This document shows positions 12,931 to 25,792 of a DNA stretch of 64,000 nucleotides, piece by piece. The position numbers were made by a program, and so were the translations under genes. The notes under the pieces are model-generated. The model ran no database searches. It had not been told where the DNA came from and was given only the letters and a program-made list of their open reading frames with translations. Every line of letters begins with the position of its first letter. Position 1 is the first letter of the stretch. Location: positions 19,592,001-19,656,000 of the forward strand of contig JAQFVV010000005.1 in NCBI GenBank assembly GCA_028023455.1, read 5' to 3'. Source of the DNA: Epiperipatus broadwayi. Taxonomy: Eukaryota > Animalia > Onychophora.

Positions 12931-13327
12931 TTAATAAAAGGGATTTAACATGCTTCAATGATTTTGCAATATCAAGGCCTTCATTCTGGAAATAAACTTA
13001 ATATATGTAAATATTCAATTTTACATTTTTTTTATTATTTGAATATTATTATTTGAAATTTTTTTATTATTTGATAAATGTATAATTTATTAATGTGTTT
13101 GTACCAATGTATCTGTGTAGTATATAAATTATACTTATATTAAAATATAATGAAAGTAGTGATTTATGTACAATGTAATTTTGGGGTTCTGATATAAGAT
13201 TGAGACAATCTTACTTTGTAGACATAATAATTCTCAAAAGGTTTAATAATTTATTAGTGTCTATATTTGTATTAGAGTGTTTGTATTCGTACTGGCATAT
13301 CTGTATTTGTATAACAAGTTACAATTT

Positions 13328-14067
13328 ATATAGAAATAAAACAAACGAACTCCTTTTTAAAACTTGCTTTTTATATGACTATAATGATGATAAAGATATC
13401 CAATGTTTCAACTATTTCATATAGTCTTTTTCAAGGTACACTAAAATAAAATATATATAATAATAAATATCACATATTCCAAAAAAAAAAAAAATATGAA
13501 ATTAAAAATTACAAAATATATTCATAACCAAAAATTTACCTCATCTCCCACTCCCCCTTTTTTATTACAAATAATCACAACCCAAACACAAACATTTTAA
13601 TTTATTTTTTATTTTTTTTATAAAAAAAATCTATATATATCTTTTAAAGGATATATATATAGATTTATTTATTTAAATAAATAGATTTATTTATTTATTT
13701 ATTTAAAGAATATATATAGATTTATTTATTTGTAAAAAATCTATATATATCCTTTAAAAGATATATATAGATTTAAAAAAAAAAAAAAAATGTTTGGGTT
13801 TGGGTTGTGATTATTTGTAATAAAAAAAGGAGAGTGGGAGATAAGATAAATTTTTGGTTATGAATATATTTTGTAATTTTTAATTTAATATTTTTTTATC
13901 CATTTTTTTTTTTTTTGGTATATGTGACATTTATTATTATATATATTTTAACTTAGTGTATCTTGAAAAAGACTATGAAATAGTCGGAATGTTGGATTTC
14001 TTTATCATCATTATAGTCATATAAAAAGCGAGTTTTAAAAAGGAGTCCATTTGTTTTATTTCTATAT
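13328..14067. mobile_element. 740 bp fold-back element with a decayed hammerhead-like motif in each arm
   Basis: Imperfect inverted repeat from ATATAGAAATAAAACAAA (13328) to TTTGTTTTATTTCTATAT (14067). The AT-rich centre holds small nested palindromes. No clear TSD. Confidence 0.85.
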
Positions 14068-14149
14068 TGGATATTTATTAACTATTTTGGAAAGAAGAAC
14101 TGTGTGACTGATATATTAAATAATATATATATAATTAGGCTATTATAGA

Positions 14150-15200
14150 GCAACGTGATGTAAATTTTAAGACTGATTATCAGATGAACAAAAAAATTGC
14201 ATTTGATGTAGCAATAATAAAATTTACTGGGCATAGTACTATGTGAAAATATAAATTTTTAAAACCAATAGGTTTCAAATGGCATATGGATGGCGATAGT
14301 TACAATGGTTATGTATAACATTTTGAATTGTATGTAGGCAAAAAATCAAATCCTGATTTTTGCTTATGCCTTGGTACTCATCATGCTCTGCAGTCAGAAG
14401 TTTATTATTTCCAAGTCTATAGCTAGCAAATGAGGTATATGAAAATAAATTATATGTGGGACAATAAATATAAGAAGATAGCATCACTGGTATGTACAAA
14501 AAATATAAAATGAAAAGGAGAGACTCATTTCATCAATGAAACAGATGGTAGCCTTCAACTTTTAGTTTTGGATACACAAGAAGACAATTGCCATGATTAC
14601 AAATGTATATCCATGTTCTGGAAATGATTTATCTTGTATCGTTATTAGGATGAATCTTTTTCTTGTAGATGCCTTGAAATTTTTTAACTTTTGGGGTATA
14701 AGATAAAAATGAAGAATTCTTATGCTACTACTTTTGTAAGTTCTGAAGCTATGGATTATCTCAAGTAAGAAATATTATATATGATTTGAATGAGAATTTT
14801 GTGAAGAATACAAAGAAATTATCAAGGATGTAATTTTAAAATTAGTTAATGATAAATTAGAAATTCTGAATAAACAATAAAGTAATTTTTTTGGATATTG
14901 AAATTTCTTTTTTTTTTTTCCTTATTTTTTAATGGTAATCATTAGTTTTTTCAGTTTCTAGCAATGCAAAGCTTTTTGCTCTAACACTATTAAAACTGAA
15001 GTTATTGCGAAAATTGGACTCAAATCAATTTTTTAAAAATTCAATATGGTACCAAATACCCTGATATAATTAAATAGCCCTTACTTATGCCATCGTTCAT
15101 ACTGCACAATTCGAAAAATTATGTTATTTCAAGAAAATGGCTACTGTATTTAATAAATATGGGATCTCATTTCAAAAAAAAACAAAACACCACATATAGC
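14150..15200 (+). pseudogene. piggyBac (PGBD-like) transposase remnant
   Basis: Broken frames read SDEQKIAFDVAIIKFTGHS..KP.IGFK..DSYNGYV..FELYVGK, matching the piggyBac SIDE..IKFKGR..KP.K.G.K..GYV..FEIY.GK block. Confidence 0.65.
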
Positions 15201-15359
15201 TAGCATATTTTATACACAAATGTGGTAGCAGGGACTATTTATTTAGAACTTCATAGTACATGTAAAAAAAAAAGCCTTAAATATTGATTACAATATGCAA
15301 ACACAGAAAGGATTTTTTTTTCTTTTTTAATGTCTGAATTTTAATTTTTTTAATAAAGT

Positions 15360-16341
15360 TATTGTATTATTTTGAATAGAAGATGTATTTTTTCCCCAAA
15401 TTTTGGGCCCCTAAAAGCAGATGCATCTTAAATTCAAAACAAAAATTTTTAATTTCCTATTTCTGCGGATCTTTGCTTTATGCTATACAAGCATATAGTA
15501 TTACGATCGTTATCTGTGAAGAATAGTATTTTAAATCTTTCTTAATCATTTTTGGATTAGTTTCATAAACGACTTAACTCTTTCTCAAACTGCTACTTTT
15601 ATTGTTATTTTGCCAATTTTACCATTGTTTTATCGAGAAAACTGCTGAATAATCTTAAGAACTTTTTTACAATTAACAAATTGATTTAAAATGAGATAAA
15701 AGCCTAACAAAATGCTAATTGGTTGTTTTCTATGTAAAAGCACTGTCAAAATTTTGAGTGCCAATAGCTTCCTTTTGATTTTTAAAGGGAAAATGTGTTT
15801 TAGAATTTTTAATTATTTTGCTGATTTTGACAATTCCGATATTTTCGTTTTGACCTTTAAAGTGAAAACGTATGTTTTAAAATCTTTTAATGTTATTCTG
15901 CCGATTTTGATAATTCTGATATTTCTATTTTTAAAGTAACATATATGTTTAGAATCTTTTTACGCATTTATTTTTTTCAGAAAATATTTGTGAAAATATT
16001 AATTATTTTAGAAGAATGAATCAGATTTTAATAGAAAAATGTATTTTTACACAAAAGCAAATTTACAAAAAAATTATAACATCTAGCTGCAATTTAAATG
16101 GCATGAAAATGATGAACCCTGATGAAATAGTGAAAGTGAAAATAATTCAAGTTCTAAAAGTGGAGATGTAGAAAATAAAAGTACTATATATCTGAAGATG
16201 ATTCGCAATAAATTACGTGAGTTTATTGTATTTATATCACTTTCATAGTTAACTACATTTATGCATCTTAAATCCATGGTTGTTTTTTTACCCTACTGCA
16301 TCTTAAATTTGGATATGTCTTATATTCAAAGTAATACGGTA
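15360..16341. mobile_element. Non-autonomous pogo/Tigger-type TIR element
   Basis: TIRs TATTGTATTATTTTGAATAGAAGATG (15360) and GTCTTATATTCAAAGTAATACGGTA (to 16341; reverse complement TACCGTATTACTTTGAATATAAGAC). Internal AAAGTGAAAA..TGTTTTAGAATCTTT repeats are shared with the 53.7 kb and 59.7 kb copies. Confidence 0.7.
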
Positions 16342-16659
16342 ATTGTAAAACATTTTGGTAATGTATACTAACTGTAATTTGACTACTCTTACACTAATGA
16401 TAAATAATAAATATTTATGCTCAATTAATAAGTTGCTATTAAACATTATTTTTTTTAATTCTAAATAATTTTGCATAGTAGTATAACAAATTAAAAAAAA
16501 AAAAAAGAAACTTCATGTTTGGGTTTTTTTCCCAGCACAATGAGAAATGTGCTGAAAAACAAAAATTAGCTGTGAGTCTACCTTTCATTTTTTGGTCCAT
16601 TTTGCTATATGTTTGCACAGTAAAACCACACTTTTTTTTTTCTAGCAACCTTTTAGAAG

Positions 16660-17230
16660 TTTACAGCTACCTGTTTTCAACTGGAATCATGGTAGCAATT
16701 AATACCCCCAAATAGATCATTTGTTTAACCTATGGATCAAAGAGCCATCACAATTTTCAAGATGTACTACATTCAACAACTATTGCAGCACCTTGTCACA
16801 CTTTCTATGAGAATGCTTATAAGACATGTATAACCATGGAAGGTCTTCAACATAAAACAACTATTGATTTTATAGGCAACACATAGACTACGATCACTAA
16901 CAACTTAAAATTTACATGGAAGAAAATCTGTCCACAACTCATTAAAGGAGCCAAAGCCAAAAAAAAAATCCATCATATAAAAAATGATACTTGCCCTAAT
17001 CAAGAAAGCAGGATTTACAGCAGTTGATCATGACAACATCAAAAAGTTTTTGGAATCACACATTTAAGAATTAACCTAATGAGAAATTAATGCAACTGGT
17101 TAAGGGAAAAAAAGACAATGAAGGAAAGATAATCAACAAATCTGTAGAGAAGAATCTGAACATTGAAAAACTGAAGGAATTTATTTCATATTAGGATATC
17201 ATAAACAGCACTTAAGAGATGAATTTGACT
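16660..17230 (+). pseudogene. Tigger/pogo DDE transposase C-terminal remnant
   Basis: Decayed match to the PPNTT...QPMDQ..I..FK.YY and WKKICP motifs. Confidence 0.55.
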
Positions 17231-17843
17231 CAAACTTTGAGTGTATCAAATTTACAACACCTTAAGCACTGTATTTGTATTACTGTTCACTATATCATTT
17301 GATTTTTTAACTTAATATAAGACAATATAACAAGAAAAGCTCTGTTCAAGCACTATCTATTGTGAACTTGAGTAATTAATAAGTAATTATCAGATAATAG
17401 TGCACTTTAATCTTTATAACTTTCTCTCATCAATTAGGATAAGCTAACTATTAAACCTTATATTAAATGGCATAAACATAGTGAGACTGCTAACAGATTG
17501 CAAATATCCAAGACAAACTTACTATTCAAAACTGAAACCAATACAGTTATGTATATGGATTTGTTTTTTATCAAATTAAAAGCCTGAAACTCTAAAACCT
17601 TAAGATTTTTAATCTAAGACAATTTTATTTTAGAACTTAATAGATCTGATCCCTAGGTCAGTAACTATTTTAGCAATCTGTTTTTATTTAACTGTAAGCA
17701 TTTTTTCTAAGCAAGGAACATTAGCAATAACACCACCATTAGATTCTTTGGCTTATTACAATATGAAATAAACATGATCATGTTTCCTGCTCTAATATTA
17801 TTTATTAAAAGCTTGAGTAAACAACTATTTCCATATACTAGTA

Positions 17844-20531
17844 CAGGGATGGCAAACCTATGACACGCGACCTATTTACATATACTAATTTTCTATGCTT
17901 TAAATTATTCAATATTTTTTTTGTTGCTAAAATCTGTACTAATAAAAATTTACTGTAAACCAAAAATAAAATAAATATAATATTATACTAGAATTCAATT
18001 TACAATTGAATTCTGATTAGAAGCAATAAATTACAAAATTTGGGGGAAAAAAATTATACATATATAGGTGGGAAAGATATTTTAAGTCAACCTGTCAAAT
18101 GATTCCAATATAACTCTTTGAAATAATTTTTTTCAAAGTAAAATAAAAGTAATAAAATTATTTTCTGTCCTAATCTTTTTTTATCTAAACATGATAGCAT
18201 TCATTTTTTTAACATAATCAAAATTGTGAACAAAGGAACAAAATGGTAATCAATACTATCAAACAGTTTTTTTTTTTTTTTGCTTGAAGTTTTGTTGTAA
18301 AAATGTAATGTAAAGATAATAATATATTTTAACATATAATAAATCTTTGAGTTATAAAATTATTAAAGCTCATTTAAATTTACTTTTAAATAATTTGTTA
18401 CCAATATATTAATATGATTAGTAGAAAATTTCAAAATTGGTGGACTGATCAGTATGGAATGATTAACAAAGGCACCAAGGCAATATGTGTTTTATGTTCC
18501 AGACTTTGTATTGAGAACATAATCGGTAAAATGGCATTAGGAGAGCAATCATAAATCGCTCTGCGAAAAATGTAAAGACGAATAAAAAGAATGAATTGCC
18601 CAAACATTTAAAAATATAATATTCAATCAACATCTTGATGAAATTTATCAAAAATTATTCAAATATAACTGCTGCTAGTTTTTTTTATTTCAAATGTAAT
18701 TGCCAAATATGGGAAATCTTTTAATGATGGAGAATATATGAAAGAAGCTTGGATAAATATGCACCAGTTCTTTTTGAAGATTTTGAAAACAAAGCAAAAA
18801 TTATTCAGAGCATAAAAGATTTATCATTGGCTAGAAATATAGTTAAAGAGTCCTGCAAATGACTAATAAAATAACCAACAAAAATGAGAGATAAAATCCA
18901 ATTTAATTTCTCTCTGCATTGATGAAAGTACAGACCTAAATGGATCAGCCTGCTGATTCGTATTGTGTTGGAAATAACATCAAAGAATTGATCTGTTTAA
19001 GTTCATTAGTGACAACAACAAAAGGAATAGATATTTGCAATGAAGTTTCAAACATACTCGAAAAAGAAATAAATGTTGCCAATCTTGTATCAGTAATTAC
19101 AAGTGATGCTCGAAGTATGACTGGAAAATGTTTTTCTCAGTTTATTTACCCAACCATATTGGACATTCAATTTTGGGTTTTCATTGCATTGTACATCAGC
19201 AGGTTTTATACACAAGGTCAATTTTAAGTCATTAGATGATGTTATAAACTGTTGTGACTAAGCTAGCCAATTTATTTTATAAATTTATTGAGTGAGTGAA
19301 CTCAGCATACAATGGTTTACTTATGTACTAAAATGTCCGATAGTTAAGTTGAAGAAAAGTTCTTTAAAGATTCATTGAGTGTTTAGATAAAATTAGACTG
19401 CTTTTAAGATGAGAAAATCATTGAAAAATATAATCAATTAATGGATGTTGAATGACTTTTGAAATTAATGTTTTTATTGATATGTGTTCACATCTAAATG
19501 AATTAAAAATAAAACTGCAAGGTTATAATAAGACAATTGTTGTCATGTTTAATTTGATCAAAACATTAGAAGTTAAATTTAAATATTCAACTGTGACGTT
19601 ATTTCTTATACCTTCAAATATTTTCCAAATCTAAAAAAGTTCTTGAGTGATTTAGAATCTCACAATAAGCCAGATCACACAAAGTTGATGCAAGACTTTT
19701 GTGCTGTAATTCAATTAATAATTGATGAATTTTCTTGAAAATTTACACAATTCAGACAATTTTCAAAAACATCAAAATTTATTTTATACCCAGACACAAT
19801 ATCAATGATGTCTCAAGTTAGAAAATTTTGACTGGCTTAATTAGGAAAATATGGAAATGCAATCAGTCAATTTTCAATCCAGTTTTATATTGAAACAGAA
19901 ATTTGTTGATTTGAGGAATGAGTTAGAAACAATGGAAAATGATCCATTATTGGACATATGTAAAAAGAATACTGAAGAGAAACTATTGACTGCCTAGAAT
20001 GCTATTCCTGAAACATTTGATTGTTTAAAAAAATTAGTTACTGCTATATTATCAATTTTCTCCTCTACATATGCATTTGAATCATTGTTTTCAGAAATGA
20101 ATTTAATTAAAGACAGTTCGAGAAATAGAATGACAAATGAATCCAGTTCAGCATCTACATTATTAAAACTGATAAAATGTAAACCAGATATAAAGCATTT
20201 GGCATCCAATGTACAACAGCAAAAATCTCATTAAATAATGTCTATTTACATTGATTTTATGTTTTTTTCCAAAATTTTGTTTTAATTACTATTAATTTTT
20301 TACTATTATATTTTATTCAACATGTGCTCTTCAAAATAAATATTGTTCACTTTTATTTAGCTTTTTTAGAATTTTTGTTTAATAATTATTATTATTTTGT
20401 TTTATAAACATTTGAAAAACTGTAAAAATTGTTTATATTTTGATTTAATAACTGTATGGCACACCAATGATTCAATAAATACTTTTTTTGAAATTTTTGG
20501 CACCTACACGTAAAAAAGTTTGCCACCCCTG
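17844..20531 (+). mobile_element. hAT (Charlie/Buster/SPIN-like) DNA transposon, full-length but degenerate
   Basis: TIRs CAGGGATGGCAAAC / GTTTGCCACCCCTG. 8 bp TSD TACTAGTA / TACTAGAT. Disrupted transposase at ~18460-20235 (ALDESTD-, VSVITSDA.SMTGK- and FSSTYAFESLFSEMNLIK-like motifs). Confidence 0.9.
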
Positions 20532-21448
20532 TACTAGATTATCCACATTCTCAGATTTTTTGCTTTTAATCAATGAGGGCTCTGGTTCACAGGTGGAATC
20601 AATGCAGTTATATATTAAAAAACATTTTTAATTCATTTTTTCTTTTTAATATTTATACGTTAAAAGTATTTAGAATAATTCATATTTCTAAATTTTTTAA
20701 TGATCTTCCTATAACTATAGTACAGTCTATATTGTTTCTAGGTCTAATCTATATATATATATTTATAATTATAAACCATTTTAATTGTACTTTTTTTTTT
20801 CAACTGAATTATCCACATGAAAATTAATGAATGTATACATGCTTTTTATAATGACAGATATTTTTTATTTCATATATTTCCAATAAAAATCTATTTATTG
20901 CATCATTGAAATACAAAGATCATGGACCAACTTTATCATTTCTAGTGCTTAAACTTATGAATTCCTATTCAATAAATTATTTAATTATTTTATGCACTGC
21001 ATAGTTTATTACAGTGATGAACAATGTCCATGGATTGTGAACTGTTATTTCCGGTATTTAAGTTTTTATTAATTCCTGACCAAATGTCCATTCAATTATT
21101 TATTTATCAGTGATATTATTCAAAGAAGATTAAACATTATTTTGAAAGTTTATATATATAATTCATTTTTGTGTTTGAATTTTCAATTGTCTTAATTTTT
21201 CTTATAATTGATTTTGAAAATAAAATCAATATGCATACAATTGACACAAAAAATCTCTCCAAGGTTCATGTATATAATTTTATTATAATTATTGCCAAAA
21301 AATAGTCCATTTTAAAATGATAATAATATATAAAGTTTTCTTGATAAATTACTTTAGTATCTTTACTATTTCCTTTATTAGAGTAATTGAAATCACTAGC
21401 AGTAAATAATTCACAATTTTGTTTATATTCACCAAAACAATGCTCAAT

Positions 21449-22170
21449 TAATCCGCAAATTCAAAAGGTGGTCCCTTGAGGCAAAATTCCTCGATTTCCT
21501 CCTCAAAATCAATCTCCACTCCCTTCCCACAAATCAATTTTTGATCAACCGTAGGGGTTTCACCAAGATCTCTCCCATATGCCAGCTCTGTAAAACTGAC
21601 AATGAAACCTTCAAGCACTTCCTTCTTAAATGTCCCTTTCTGCTTGGAGTGAGACATGTCATCAACTCCTGCCTTTCCTTGCACAGGAATACCATCTTCA
21701 ACCTCCAAGAATCCATAGAAACAAGGATCTTTGCAACTATTAGATTATCAGTTTTCCTCATCTATGCACTCTGGTTGCTCCGATGTGCCATTATTTTTGA
21801 CCAGAAAGTACATTCAGTGAATCAAAAGCTATTGGACCTAATTCGCTCTCTCAAAACCAGATACCAAACTAGCCCCATCTCCACTCCTCACAGACACTTG
21901 GGCAATCCTCCAATTCCCATCCTCTCAGCCTGTGTCATAGGACTCAATCATTCAAATGTTTGTGACCTATGCGGTGCTTGCTTAACGAAGACATGCATCT
22001 CGGACTGGCCTGGACTACACACCGTTTCCCCTTTCCACTTCCCTTTTCACATGTATCCTTCCCCTCTTACCATGTTGCTTCTGAAATTTTAATTTATCAT
22101 ATAATCACTCCCTTGTAAACCTTTTTCTAACTGTATTTGTATCTGGTTTCACTGAGAAAAAAAAACTTAT
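21449..22170 (+). mobile_element. 5'-truncated L1/Tx1-type LINE 3' fragment
   Basis: Frame includes PICQLCKTDNETFKHFLLKCP (C-terminal CCHC zinc finger) and IYALWLLRCAIIF, followed by a C/T-rich 3' UTR and an A-run at 22156-22165. Confidence 0.75.
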
Positions 22171-22196
22171 TATGCAGTGATTTATATTTCTAATTC

Positions 22197-22258
22197 AATA
22201 AACATATATATATAGTCTAATAAATGTTTTCTTTGATTAATATGGATCTAATAAAGGT
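22197..22258. repeat. 31 bp tandem duplication
   Basis: TAATAAA(T/G)GTTTTCTTTGATTAATATGGAT appears twice, starting near 22218 and 22249. Confidence 0.6.
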
Positions 22259-24379
22259 TTTCTTTGATTAATATGGATTTTAATTTATAAAGATTCATCT
22301 TCTTACATAATATATTGTACTAAATCACTTGAATTCTACAATGACTGCAACCAATATTCTTTTTCAGTTAAACTTCTTGTTTGAATTTCTATTTTGTCTA
22401 CATATCTTTGTAACTATCTATTGTGGTAGAAATATTTTTTAAATTAATCATTCAACTATATTTCTATTGCAACATGCTTCCATAAATAAGACACCATTAA
22501 TCTAAAATGCCTGGTTCCAAGATTATTTGGATTTGAGAATTGTATTTTTTAAAAAACAGAACTTTTATGTGCTCATTTTAATCCAAATACTGCTAAAGCA
22601 GAAAAAAAAATACAGCTCATAATGGTTAATTTATTAATATTTAGTGGTTTTTTTTCTTTAATTTTGTTGTAAATGGGTGTCTAATTTATTTATTAGTAAA
22701 AATTGCTTTTGAAATTTTGTTTAAATAATAGTTTTTAAATAATAGGTATTCAGATTAAATTATCAGTAAATTATTTTTTGAAATTTGGAAAACTTGTTCT
22801 AGTCCAAGATTCAGCAAACTTTTTAACATGAAGAGCCATTTTGTTTACATACACACCCCTTCCATAAAAGAGTCACATTGAAAGAGGTGGAAAAAAATAG
22901 GTTAATATAAAATATGAATTTCTGAATGGCTGTGGATATATTTGAACATTTATTTTTAGCAATAGAATCTATATGTATTTTAAAGAAAATAAACAAACAA
23001 AACAAAAAATTACATCGACAATTTGATTTATTCATAAATTGTAATATTTAAACAATCACCATAAACAATAATCACTACTATAATAAGGCTGAATTCCAAA
23101 AACAAATGTTTGTAAAACTCATTTTTACTCTTCTAAAGTCATCAAAATATTTACTTAAAAATTATAAGAGGAAATAAATAATGTGTTTATGTTCATCATA
23201 ATAGAGTTTGGAAATTGGGATCAAAAAGTCCCAGTTATCCAACCTGTGTTCTAATCTGTGAAAAAAATCCAGCAATTCTAATTTATTATAAAAGTTCTAA
23301 GCTATTTTCCAATATAATGTGATTTAAATGTTTATGCATTTACTGTTTTCCATTTGACATATTTAACCATATTACAAAGGACAATAGTGATAATAAAACA
23401 AGCCAATTGTAGCATACACACACCCTTTATATTCATGCTGTATAGCAGCAGCAGTATTTCAGACGAGTAAGGCTAATCCAATTTGAAGAGAAAAAAATGA
23501 TTAATAAAAGCTTTGAATTTTTTTTTGGTGAATATTTCCATCTTATTTTGAAAACTTAATCTTTTTAAAAAATACTACAATTAAGAGTATATTTAGATAT
23601 GCAATATTTAATGATTATAAATATATAATTACATTCAAGTTAGATAATAATAAAAAAACTGTACAAAGAAATTTAATTTCTATAACGATTAATGAATAAA
23701 CAACAATACCAGTAATTAATTTACAGCATTAAAAAAAGTGTTTATAACAGATAAGTAAATCTAATTTAACAGCTACGGTTTTTCCAACAATGATACCATT
23801 TTTTTTTTTTTTTTATTGCTTGATAAAAGACCTCCCCTTCTCCACGCGGCTTTTTATAACTTGGCTACCCACCGAGAACAGAATTCAAGATTTATTAGAA
23901 ATACAGTACTGTTATTCCATGACATAACCTCATCAGCGTTCACTTCAAATGTTATTTCAATTTAATTAACTGCTTAAAAGGATTAAAATTTTAATAACGC
24001 TTGATTAAAAAATCAAATAAACAAACGAAAAAATCATTCAATTAACTTGAGGCAAATTAAAAAAAAAAAAAACATCCACCACTTCATTTAAAAAACAAGA
24101 ACTTGATGGTCAAATTCACTTTTTCATACCGTTGCTTTAAATACAAGAAATAAATGTGGGAAACAACTTTTTATTTTTTTAATTAAAAAAAAAAACGTAA
24201 TCAATTGTAATTCAAATCTAAGTATAGTAAGTAAGTGGCAACCAGCCAGAATTTACCAACTCGGAGACCATGAGTGCGCTTGAATTAATGTTTTATTAGT
24301 TTAAAACAGTTTTCAATTTTCCTGTTTTTTTTATTTTTAATTAAAGCAAGCCAAAAAAATATTTTAATTGTATACTGTA

Positions 24380-24510
24380 TATGGCTGTTTAATGCAGTGA
24401 CAAGAACGACGGACTTAATAACTACAGATCCTTAGATCGAAGCTCAACTATTACTTCCGGTGTTCAAACGTCACATGATCTCATGGATGTCGAACCAATC
24501 GTGGTTTATT
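24380..24510. promoter_or_regulatory. CpG-containing promoter-like patch
   Basis: CpG-rich in a CpG-poor background. ETS-type ACTTCCGG at 24453-24460 and ACGTCAC at 24468-24474 are the same motif types seen at the OSBP promoter. Confidence 0.4.
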
Positions 24511-25695
24511 ATGAAAATAGGGATAAAAACTCGGGATAATTAAGACCATTATAATTACATATAGTAAAAACTATTATTAAATATAAACAAATGGATATAT
24601 ATTTAGAATAATTGGATGCAATTTAGTAGGTGGATTAAGTAAAAATACATTAATAAAAGCCTAATATGGCCACATTTGTATGTTGGTTTTGCAATCTTGA
24701 ATAATATTGGACTTTTTAAGTAGAAACGAGATAGTTAACCCAATCAGCTATCTTATGAGTAAATAAATGATCTACCTATCTAATCTTGGCCAAAGAGTAA
24801 CATTTTTAAAAAAATGTTTTTCATCAAATAAAAATTTGACTAGCCTAATGAACAATTCTTATCATTCAGCTGTGAAAGAACCAACCATCCTATAGGCTGT
24901 TTAATTAGTCATTATGGTGTTTTATTTCTTTATTAATAGCTATGATTACAGTGAAGATGGCTTTGAAAATATAAGGCAGGTGTCAATATATAAATATATG
25001 TACACAAATAAAATGCATGTGCATATTTTTAGACCCTATTCTTAAATTATTTATTATTCAGATCTCTGCATTAAATTTGATATTAGATTGTTAGTGAAAC
25101 CATGTTTTCATCCTTTAATTAAATGCACAACTCTGCATCCTCTATTCCTGGAATTTCTAGGTGTATTAATAAATGGTATTTGAATAAAGTTTTCCATGGA
25201 ATTTTAATCACATAATAAAGCTGCTATGTTATAGTATGAGAGGAAGTATTATTACTAGTGAAGATATAAAGCAACTAAAATAAAAAAGTGTTAAACAAAG
25301 ACGAATATAACTCGATTTGTTCCCATTTTTAGGATAGATATTTTTGGAATAATTTATAGGCAGCTTCATGACGCAAGTAAGCATTTCAGTTAGAAATAGA
25401 TTTGAAAGTGGGATTCTTAATTTAAACTAGTTTAAATCAACACATAAATTTCATGATTTGGTTCTAAATTTACAGAATGCTGATAATTGTTATTGCCAAT
25501 TCAAAGAATGACTGGCAGAATGTTTTTATTGTTTGAATGCAATCTATACATTTTTTTAATAATGTTCAAAAAAACTCTGGTGCGTTATCAGCCAGTGAAA
25601 AAAAAAATCTTCAACAACTTATGGTTTAAAGTTATCAGTTCGAGAATATGGATAAATATAAATACTGGTAGCTTTTTAGATAGAAAAGGAGATTT

Positions 25696-25792
25696 TTATT
25701 TCATATGTCATAGCATCGGCCGGGACGCGAACCCACACACGTCTGCAACCAACTACTTGCTTGCAAGTCGGGTGTGATGACCTCTCGGCTAA
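25696..25792 (-). mobile_element. tRNA-derived SINE, copy 1 (slightly 5'-truncated)
   Basis: A-box TAGCCGAGAGGTC, B-box GGGTTCGCGTCCC, A-rich tail, 10 bp TSD AAGGAGATTT (25686-25695, 25791-25800). Confidence 0.85.

Noticed and set aside
16105-16230. CTGATGA...GAAA and CTGAAGA motifs inside the pogo element
   Set aside because: No stem II in the first and no GAAA after the stem in the second.
21013-21079. C/D box snoRNA-like GTGATGA...CTGA
   Set aside because: No terminal stem and no recognisable rRNA guide; such motifs are common by chance in AT-rich DNA.
23895-23940. Minus-strand CTGATGA followed by a GTTAT/ATAAC stem, and a plus-strand TACAGTACTGT resembling the start of miR-101
   Set aside because: No GAAA box follows the stem. 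The miRNA similarity is only 11 nt with no precursor hairpin.
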